From a virus (Duplodnaviria > Heunggongvirae > Uroviricota > Caudoviricetes): a DNA stretch of 24,740 nucleotides. The stretch's first letter is position 1. Every line of letters starts with the position of its first letter. The position numbers and the translations under genes are program-made. The notes beneath the pieces are model-generated. The model was not told the origin of the DNA and did not search any database. It saw nothing but the letters and a program-made list of their open reading frames with translations. The stretch is from the IMG/VR virus record IMGVR_UViG_648276671_000014; one strand, given 5' to 3'. Below, piece after piece: positions 8,539-14,357 of this stretch.

Positions 8539-8738
8539 TGGCAACATTACTTTTAGCAGTGATTTTGGTTAGTGGTTTTATTTATGTAAACCTATCACTT
8601 TCAACAAGATACCGATATAAGCGTTCCAACGGCTGGGACGCTTATTTTTTGTGGCTGCCTGGGGTATCGTTTTTTTCTCCTTGGCGGTTTTTTCACCTTT
8701 ATTTTGAACGTCAGCGGAGGGTTTCGTTGGCTGGCTAA
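8538..8738 (+). CDS. N-terminal membrane segment ORF (66 aa), probably the 5' part of a frameshifted gene
   Basis: MATLLLAVILVSGFIYV is a TM helix. The frame leaves hydrophobic sequence after the T-runs at 8645-8693, while the +1 frame continues as TM-like sequence into ORF 8704-9378. Confidence 0.4.
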   Translation: MATLLLAVILVSGFIYVNLSLSTRYRYKRSNGWDAYFLWLPGVSFFSPWRFFHLYFERQRRVSLAG

Positions 8739-9378
8739 TGCCTTGAATCTAACACCTGACAGTTTTAATGGCATGTTGTCTTCATCGAAAGACAAACTTC
8801 AAAGAATAAATGAAATCAAACAGATAGCATGGGTTATGATTTCAATTGTTCTCGCTGCGATTTCAGGTTTTGGAAATAAGTTACGCACATCACGTGGAGA
8901 TCGTCGCTGGGATGCCTTAGCTAAAGCTGTGGGTAATAACGCTTTCGAATCATTACTCATGGAAGCGTCCGCAAGACAGTTTCCGATCATAGCAACTCTG
9001 TCGTCTCGCAAAATCTATGTTGGTCTTGTTACTTGTCCGGCGTTAGAAAACGGGCTTTCAGAACACCTTGAACTTCTCCCGATGTTAAGCGGATATCGGG
9101 ATAAAGATGATCTAACGATTAGTATCACGACTAACTATCACCAACATTATCTTGATAGTGGTGTGATAAGTGGAATGTCTCGGCTTAATATCGAAGATTT
9201 CCGTGTGCTCATACCAAAAGATGAGGTTGAAACAATTTCGTTTTTTGATACTGAGACATATAACAAATTTAAAGAAAATGAAGCCAGGGATAGAAAGAAC
9301 TGTCGAAAGATTGGTAGTAAAAGTGCATCTTCGCGCAGCAAGCGTGCAGCAGATGCTGAGTCAAATGATCGTGCATGA
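8704..9378 (+). CDS. Hypothetical membrane-associated protein (224 aa as listed; the frame is open back to 8590)
   Basis: The listed start is TTG with no ATG upstream in frame. Contains a TM helix (IAWVMISIVLAAISGFG) and a soluble C-terminal domain with a basic/acidic tail. AT-rich. Followed by a strong terminator. Confidence 0.55.
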   Translation: MNVSGGFRWLANALNLTPDSFNGMLSSSKDKLQRINEIKQIAWVMISIVLAAISGFGNKLRTSRGDRRWDALAKAVGNNAFESLLMEASARQFPIIATLSSRKIYVGLVTCPALENGLSEHLELLPMLSGYRDKDDLTISITTNYHQHYLDSGVISGMSRLNIEDFRVLIPKDEVETISFFDTETYNKFKENEARDRKNCRKIGSKSASSRSKRAADAESNDRA

Positions 9379-9473
9379 CTATGCTGCATGAGATCGCATG
9401 ATCGTTTGAGGATCGTTTTTGCTAAGGCCCGCCAGAACTGGCGGGCTTTTGCGTAGATCATGCACCTGCATGA
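9365..9473. repeat. Motif array next to cos: GCATGA x4 direct plus x1 inverted, and 5 GATC sites
   Basis: GCATGA at 9373, 9386, 9396 and 9468; TCATGC at 9458. GATC at 9367, 9392, 9400, 9411 and 9456. ATGATCGT is repeated at 9365 and 9398. Confidence 0.6.
9427..9450 (+). terminator. Rho-independent terminator
   Basis: GCCCGCCA (9427-9434), loop GAAC, TGGCGGGC (9439-9446), then TTTT. Lies 49 nt after the stop of ORF 8704-9378. Confidence 0.8.
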
Positions 9474-9495
9474 AAACTACTACATAAAGCGGGCA

Positions 9496-9514
9496 GGCGT
9501 GGCGGGGATACGAG
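9496..9514 (+). other. cos site core (19-nt cohesive-end sequence, P2/186 type)
   Basis: GGCGTGGCGGGGATACGAG followed by TGCGCG. As I recall, P2 is GGCGAGGCGGGGAAAGCAC followed by TGCGCGC and 186 is GGCGTGGCGGGGAAAGCAT, so the first 13 nt equal 186. Location between the A region and Q is as expected. Confidence 0.7.
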
Positions 9515-9538
9515 TGCGCGTAATAACTAATATTCCTA

Positions 9539-9567
9539 TTGACTTTCTATGATGCAATAGCTAATTT
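9539..9567 (+). promoter_or_regulatory. Candidate sigma70 promoter (TTGACT - 17 bp - TAATTT) for the tRNA-like leader and HEPN gene
   Basis: -35 at 9539-9544, 17-nt spacer, -10 at 9562-9567. The expected transcription start near 9574 coincides with the 5' end of the cloverleaf. Confidence 0.4.
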
Positions 9568-9573
9568 ATTTCT

Positions 9574-9657
9574 AGGCCTATAGTTTAATTTGGGAAAACG
9601 GCGGAGTATGATTTAGGTTATATATCCGTCATACCGGTTCGATTCCGGTTAGGCAAA
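9574..9657 (+). ncRNA. tRNA-like cloverleaf element (non-canonical: 19-nt anticodon-position loop, no CCA)
   Basis: Acceptor 9574-9580/9650-9656 pairs 5 of 7. TA at 9581-9582 (U8 A9). D stem GTTT/AAAC 9583-9586/9596-9599 with loop AATTTGGGA. Stem GCGGA/TCCGT 9601-9605/9625-9629. T stem ACCGG/CCGGT 9633-9637/9645-9649 with canonical loop TTCGATT. Confidence 0.4.
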
Positions 9658-9685
9658 GAGCATTTTAGAGTGTTCTTTGCCTAAC
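9648..9685 (+). promoter_or_regulatory. Long hairpin immediately 5' of the HEPN gene SD
   Basis: GTTAGGCAAAGA (9648-9659) pairs perfectly with TCTTTGCCTAAC (9674-9685). The stem extends with G-T, C-G, A-T, T-G and T-A to a TTAG tetraloop. No T-run follows. SD CAGGA at 9685-9689, ATG at 9698. The 5' arm is also the 3' acceptor strand of the tRNA-like fold. Confidence 0.6.
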
Positions 9686-9697
9686 AGGATACGTAAA

Positions 9698-10447
9698 ATG
9701 ACTGATGACGAGATTAAAAATATTTTCCATGCTCAAACTGATAATGTTAGAGAGCTTGAGAAAGTCTGGAAACAAATAGTCAAAGAAATTAATACTGCAT
9801 TACGAACAGATAATGCAGTCCAAGTTGCACTTAAAACCAAAATGCTAGGTTTGGTTTTTTGCGCTCTTGCCGAAGCTCAATTTTCAAAGTTGATCCACAC
9901 GCCCGGTCAATTTTCCCCTAATGAAATAGAACAGATTAAATATGCAGCTTCATCTAATGTCTCAGATGGATGGTTAAAGTGCATAAATTTGGCTACGAGA
10001 CGACTATCGAAAGGCACAAAGCATAATCATGTTCCTAATGTTATTCAGGAGCTTGAAAGACTAGTTGATGATTTTATAAAAGCGCCAAGTTTAATTAGAA
10101 ATAAAATTGCGCATGGACAATGGGTTGTCGCTCTTAATAGAAAGAATACACATGTGAACTCAGAAATGACACATACTTTGCGTAATTTGACAATAGTGGA
10201 ATTAACAAAGTTTAAAGATGCTTTCACGAGAATGTCGCGAATAGTCGAAGATATTATTAAATCTCCTAATAAAGCTCATTTGCGTGATTATTGGCCGCAG
10301 CTTGAAGAGTTTAGAGCAAAGCAAAAGGAAATGGATAGTTGGACTCTTGCTGAAAAAGTCTTCCAATTAAAAAAGAAATATAATTACTCATCTAATATGA
10401 GATGTGAATCATGCGGTCAGTTACATGTTGATAGAAATAAACAATGA
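9698..10447 (+). CDS. HEPN-domain protein (Rx4H motif RNKIAH), putative abortive-infection or toxin RNase
   Basis: 249 aa, all-helical-looking, with a single LIRNKIAHGQW motif (R-N-x3-H, classic HEPN active site). AT-rich cargo. ATG 9698 preferred because the track's TTG 9677 lies inside the hairpin. Confidence 0.75.
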   Translation: MTDDEIKNIFHAQTDNVRELEKVWKQIVKEINTALRTDNAVQVALKTKMLGLVFCALAEAQFSKLIHTPGQFSPNEIEQIKYAASSNVSDGWLKCINLATRRLSKGTKHNHVPNVIQELERLVDDFIKAPSLIRNKIAHGQWVVALNRKNTHVNSEMTHTLRNLTIVELTKFKDAFTRMSRIVEDIIKSPNKAHLRDYWPQLEEFRAKQKEMDSWTLAEKVFQLKKKYNYSSNMRCESCGQLHVDRNKQ

Positions 10448-10494
10448 TGATTATTATTTTGTGACACTTTCAATATTTTAATGCTTTATATATT

Positions 10495-10522
10495 AGCAAT
10501 GGTCATTAACATGACCATTGCT
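10495..10522. terminator. Perfect 12-bp hairpin between convergent HEPN and Q genes (possible bidirectional terminator)
   Basis: AGCAATGGTCAT, loop TAAC, ATGACCATTGCT. There is no clear T-run on either side, so the terminator function is uncertain. Confidence 0.45.
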
Positions 10523-10537
10523 ATGTGACCTAATATA

Positions 10538-11578
10538 TTAGTTATCTTCTGTCCTGAGCGAGTAAAAGCTAAAACGGAGAATTTCTTCACCAAGCCAGTT
10601 ATTTAGTTCCTGTAAACGTTTCTGCAGTGACATTAGTTCATTGCGTACAAAAACGCGACTAGCTTTCTCCACATCCCCAAATCCCCCAACATTATTTGGC
10701 ATTATCCCCATCATCTGTGGCGGCACGCGGTGCGCTGCCATCATGTCATCCCGACTCACGTTCTTGATATTAAGAAATTCATCCTTCGCCGCGACTTCTG
10801 ACAATGGGATGATCTGAAGCCCGTCCTTTTTGCCGTTAGGCGAGTACATAAACAGGTTGCGGAAGTTGCCTGGACCTTTGGCGCTTTTCATCGCGTTGCG
10901 GAGGTTGTTCACATCTTCCTGGTTCTGCGCGGCATCGGTCATGTACATGATGAAGCCTGCATGGCTGCCGTTGATGTAATACTTACGGCGGAACAGCGTG
11001 GCAGACTCGTTGAGCAGGGCGGATGGAATGGCAGAAAGATAGCCGGGCAGGCCGTAGATCTCCTGGTTGATGTCCGGTTCCATCAGATGAAAAATGCTGC
11101 CTTTCGTGAACTGATACGGCTGGGTTGTCATACCGTATTGCACAAACCAGTAGGTATCCAGGTCTAACCCGCGTCGGGTGTATTTTGCCAGCGCAGGCTC
11201 AAGGGCGATAACTTCACCGAATCGGTTCGTGCGTTTCTCCAGGTAGGCGTTACCAAATACCAGATAGTCCTGCACAAAACGCGAAAAAGCCTGCTGGCTG
11301 AGCAGCGGATGAGGGATATAGGTACTGGTCAGAATGTTGCACTTTACTGCAATCGGGGAACTGTGATGCACGGCGGCGCGGAAGGTGCGCGCCAGTCCGT
11401 TAAAGCTGACGGGCGGCTCATACCAACGGTCCATCTGTACGCATTCCACATAGTCCAGCAGTTCACGGCGGTCCAGAACAGGAACGGGATCGCCGAAGCT
11501 GAATGCTTCGGCTGTAGTTTGACTTTTAAGCTGGATCTGTTTCGTCGCCGCAGCTCGGTTCTTCTTACTCTTTCCCAT
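10538..11578 (-). CDS. Q: Portal protein (P2 gpQ)
   Basis: 346 aa, P2 Q-like in length and sequence. TGATG overlap with the P stop. Start taken at ATG 11578; the track's 11581 is TTG. Confidence 0.9.
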   Translation of the reverse strand: MGKSKKNRAAATKQIQLKSQTTAEAFSFGDPVPVLDRRELLDYVECVQMDRWYEPPVSFNGLARTFRAAVHHSSPIAVKCNILTSTYIPHPLLSQQAFSRFVQDYLVFGNAYLEKRTNRFGEVIALEPALAKYTRRGLDLDTYWFVQYGMTTQPYQFTKGSIFHLMEPDINQEIYGLPGYLSAIPSALLNESATLFRRKYYINGSHAGFIMYMTDAAQNQEDVNNLRNAMKSAKGPGNFRNLFMYSPNGKKDGLQIIPLSEVAAKDEFLNIKNVSRDDMMAAHRVPPQMMGIMPNNVGGFGDVEKASRVFVRNELMSLQKRLQELNNWLGEEILRFSFYSLRTEDN

Positions 11579-13344
11579 CAAAAAATCTCCACAATATTGC
11601 TGGTATTGGCGGATTCGCCCTGCAGCGGTTCGTTAAACAGTGCGTGCATCGTTGCCCATGCCAGATCGGCGTGGCTGGCTTCTTCGCTGCGGCTGGCTTC
11701 ATAGGTCGGGCGGTTGCCACTGGCGGTGGTGGCGCGACGGATTGCCATAAATGACTGCGCAATGTCGGTATGTCCGGCGTCAAACTCCAGACGGCGGTGG
11801 CTGATAATGTCGTAGGCCTTGAGTACCAGGGCGTTTTTAACGTTGGGGTTGTAGACAAACTCCCGGACGGCAGGAAAGAACGCTTTCACGTTCTCGTAAA
11901 CCCCGTGACCAACGCCGGTTGAGTCGATGCCGATGTAGGTCACGTTGTACTGCTCGGTCAGTTTTTTGATTGCGTCAGCCTGGGCGCGGAAGTCCATCCC
12001 GCGCCACTGGTGACGCTCAAGAATGCGAAACTTACCGCCCGGCACGGCTGGCGGTGCCACCACCACGCATCCGGCGCTGTCGCCGTTCTGCGTACCTTTT
12101 GCCGGGTCATAACCGATCCACACTTCGCGCCAGCCAAACGGGCGCAGGGCCAGAGCATGAAAGTCGGTCCAGACTTCCCAACTGTCCACCATGCACGCCT
12201 GCAGCTCGCTGAGCGGAAACACGGACGCGAGATCGTCCACAAACTCGCACATCAGCAGGTTCTGGTATTCGTCCAGGCTGTACTCCATGCGCAACTGGTC
12301 GAGGTCGAACAGGTTACAGCCGCCGCGCACCGCATCTTCCACAGTGACTATCTGGCGGTACTGCCCGTCTGCGCACAGCAGGCCGGGGGCCAGATTGCTG
12401 TGGGACAGGTCGATGTCCACCTTATCGGCTTTGTTGCGCCCACGATTGAACAGCGCACCGGACCAGAACGGATAAGCACTGTGAGTCAGGCTGGATGGCG
12501 TGGAAAAATAGGTTTGTCGCCATTTTTTGTGAATAGCCATCCCGGAAGCCACTTTGCGCAGCTCCTGGAATTTCGGTATCCAGAAATATTCATCCAGATA
12601 CAGGTTGCCGTGGTAACTCTGGGCCGTGCGGGCATTGGTGCCGAGGAAGTAAAGCGTGGCTCCGTTAGGAAGCACCATCGGATCGCCTTTTAGCTCTACC
12701 TCGACTTCTTTGGCGAAGTCGATGATGTACTGCTTAAAGACGTGAGCCTGTGCCTTACTGGCGGAAAGGAAAATCTGGTTACGTCCGGTAAGCAGGGCGT
12801 CAATCAGGGCTTCACGGGCAAAGTAAAAGGTCGCGCCGATCTGGCGTGACTTCAGCAGGTTGCGGATGCGGTTGGTTTTTCCGGCTTCCCACCAGTGGCG
12901 CTGGTAGTTGAACATGGAGGAATGGAAGATTTCTTCCAGTTTCTCAATCTGTTCATCGGTGAAAACATTCTTTTCCGGCTGACGGCGCGGGCCCTTATTG
13001 CGGTTGGCGACGTTAGGGTTTAAGTCAGCTTCGTTGCCGCCATTGTTAAACTTGCCGATCCGCGCGTGGCGCTCCGACTGGCGCGCCAGCAGGTCAATTT
13101 CTTTGAAATCTTTCCCTTCTTTATGCTCCTTCATGATGAGCTGGCAGTAGCGTGCGGCGGTGGTGAGCTGCATCTGATCCAGCGGCCCATAGTCACCCCA
13201 CTTGTCGCGTTTTTTCCAGCTGTGAACGGTTGCAACTTTCTCGCCCAGCATTTCAGCAATGCGGGCTACGCGGTATCCCTGAAAGTACAGCAGCATGGCC
13301 TGCCGACGGGGATCGAGATCTGCGGGTGTCAGTGTGGTGTTCAT
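11578..13344 (-). CDS. P: Terminase large (ATPase) subunit (P2 gpP)
   Basis: 588 aa. The N-terminus ...DPRRQAMLLYFQGYRVARIAEMLGEK..SWKKRDKW and KSRQIGATFYFA match the P2 gpP pattern. Confidence 0.92.
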   Translation of the reverse strand: MNTTLTPADLDPRRQAMLLYFQGYRVARIAEMLGEKVATVHSWKKRDKWGDYGPLDQMQLTTAARYCQLIMKEHKEGKDFKEIDLLARQSERHARIGKFNNGGNEADLNPNVANRNKGPRRQPEKNVFTDEQIEKLEEIFHSSMFNYQRHWWEAGKTNRIRNLLKSRQIGATFYFAREALIDALLTGRNQIFLSASKAQAHVFKQYIIDFAKEVEVELKGDPMVLPNGATLYFLGTNARTAQSYHGNLYLDEYFWIPKFQELRKVASGMAIHKKWRQTYFSTPSSLTHSAYPFWSGALFNRGRNKADKVDIDLSHSNLAPGLLCADGQYRQIVTVEDAVRGGCNLFDLDQLRMEYSLDEYQNLLMCEFVDDLASVFPLSELQACMVDSWEVWTDFHALALRPFGWREVWIGYDPAKGTQNGDSAGCVVVAPPAVPGGKFRILERHQWRGMDFRAQADAIKKLTEQYNVTYIGIDSTGVGHGVYENVKAFFPAVREFVYNPNVKNALVLKAYDIISHRRLEFDAGHTDIAQSFMAIRRATTASGNRPTYEASRSEEASHADLAWATMHALFNEPLQGESANTSNIVEIF

Positions 13345-13390
13345 GGCACAAACCTACAGCCTTGAATGAAGGCTTTCCCCGCCTGCGGTT

Positions 13391-13408
13391 TGTGTGGTTG
13401 TCGGTACA
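13391..13408. promoter_or_regulatory. TGT-N12-ACA dyad (Ogr/B-type late activator site) in the divergent P/O promoter region
   Basis: TGTGTGGTTGTCGGTACA is an exact TGT-N12-ACA in the 142-bp P-O intergenic region. A degenerate second copy (TGT-N12-ATC) lies at 13421-13438. Confidence 0.5.
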
Positions 13409-13486
13409 AATACCGCGCATTGTTTCACTGCCCCCATCACCGCAACCATAAGGCTCCAGTAAGTTTTTTCTAACGGAGCACGGCTC

Positions 13487-14341
13487 ATGACAGTGAAAGC
13501 AAAGCGTTTTCGCATCGGGGTGGAAGGTGCCACCACCGACGGACGCGAAATCCAGCGTGAATGGCTGGAACAGATGGCAGCCAGCTACAACCCGACGGTG
13601 TACACCGCGCTGATTAACCTTGAGCACATCAAGTCTTATCTGCCGGACAGCACCTTTAACCGCTACGGCAAGGTGACGGCGCTGTTTGCTGAAGAAATCA
13701 CGGAAGGTCCGCTGGCAGGCAAGATGGCGCTGTATGCCGACGTTGAGCCAACGGAATCACTGGTGGAACTGGTGAAAAAAGGCCAGAAATTATTCACCTC
13801 TATGGAAGTCAGCCCGAAGTTTGCTGATACGGGCAAAGCCTACCTGGTCGGCCTGGCTGCCACTGATGACCCTGCCAGTCTGGGCACTGAAATGCTGACA
13901 TTCAGCGCCAGTGCAGCCCATAACCCGCTGGCAAACCGCAAGCAGAATCCCGCCAATCTTTTTACCGCTGCAGAGGAAACGGTGATCGAACTGGAAGAAA
14001 TCCAGGATGACAAACCGTCCCTGTTTGCCCGTGTCACGGCGCTGTTCACCAAAAAAGAGCAGTCCGATGACGCCCGGTTCTCTGATGTGCATAAGGCCGT
14101 GGAACTGGTCGCCACTGAGCAGCAGGACCTGAGTGCGCGCACCGAAAAATCCCTGTCTGAGCAGGAAGAACGCCTGTCTGAGCAGGAAGAACGCCTGTCT
14201 GAGCTGGAGACTGCCCTGCAGGCACAGCAGACCGCCTTTAACGAACTGGTGGACAAGCTGAGCCAAGAAGACAGCCGCCAGGACTACCGCCAGCGTGCAA
14301 CAGGCGGTAACGCCCCCGCTGACACTCTGACCAATTGCTGA
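13487..14341 (+). CDS. O: Capsid scaffold/protease (P2 gpO)
   Basis: 284 aa, the same length as P2 gpO. MTVKAKRFRIGVEGATTDGREI... is a typical gpO N-terminus. Coiled-coil C-terminus. Confidence 0.9.
   Translation: MTVKAKRFRIGVEGATTDGREIQREWLEQMAASYNPTVYTALINLEHIKSYLPDSTFNRYGKVTALFAEEITEGPLAGKMALYADVEPTESLVELVKKGQKLFTSMEVSPKFADTGKAYLVGLAATDDPASLGTEMLTFSASAAHNPLANRKQNPANLFTAAEETVIELEEIQDDKPSLFARVTALFTKKEQSDDARFSDVHKAVELVATEQQDLSARTEKSLSEQEERLSEQEERLSELETALQAQQTAFNELVDKLSQEDSRQDYRQRATGGNAPADTLTNC
14152..14204 (+). repeat. 21-bp tandem repeat (2.5 copies) inside O encoding LSEQEER heptads
   Basis: CCTGTCTGAGCAGGAAGAACG at 14152-14172 is identical to 14173-14193. A partial third copy spans 14194-14204. 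Confidence 0.9.
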
Positions 14342-14357
14342 TGGAGCACAAAACCTG

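Noticed and set aside
9147-9461. 104-aa minus-strand ORF spanning the end of the membrane-protein gene and the terminator
   Set aside because: It runs antisense through a coding region, the terminator hairpin and the motif array. It has no SD and its composition is unconvincing.
9574-9657. Calling the cloverleaf a bona fide tRNA gene
   Set aside because: The anticodon-position loop is 19 nt rather than 7. Two acceptor pairs are mismatched, the variable region is only 3 nt, there is no CCA, and no sensible anticodon can be assigned. I report it only as a tRNA-like element. It could also be a decayed tRNA or att remnant.
9677-9697. TTG start of the HEPN ORF as listed in the track
   Set aside because: TTG 9677 lies inside the 3' arm of the strong hairpin and has no SD. 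ATG 9698 has CAGGA 8-9 nt upstream.
12010-12693. 227-aa ORF antisense to terminase gene P, and neighbouring antisense ORFs
   Set aside because: These are shadow frames of a conserved gene, rich in Arg, Ala and His, with no translation signals.
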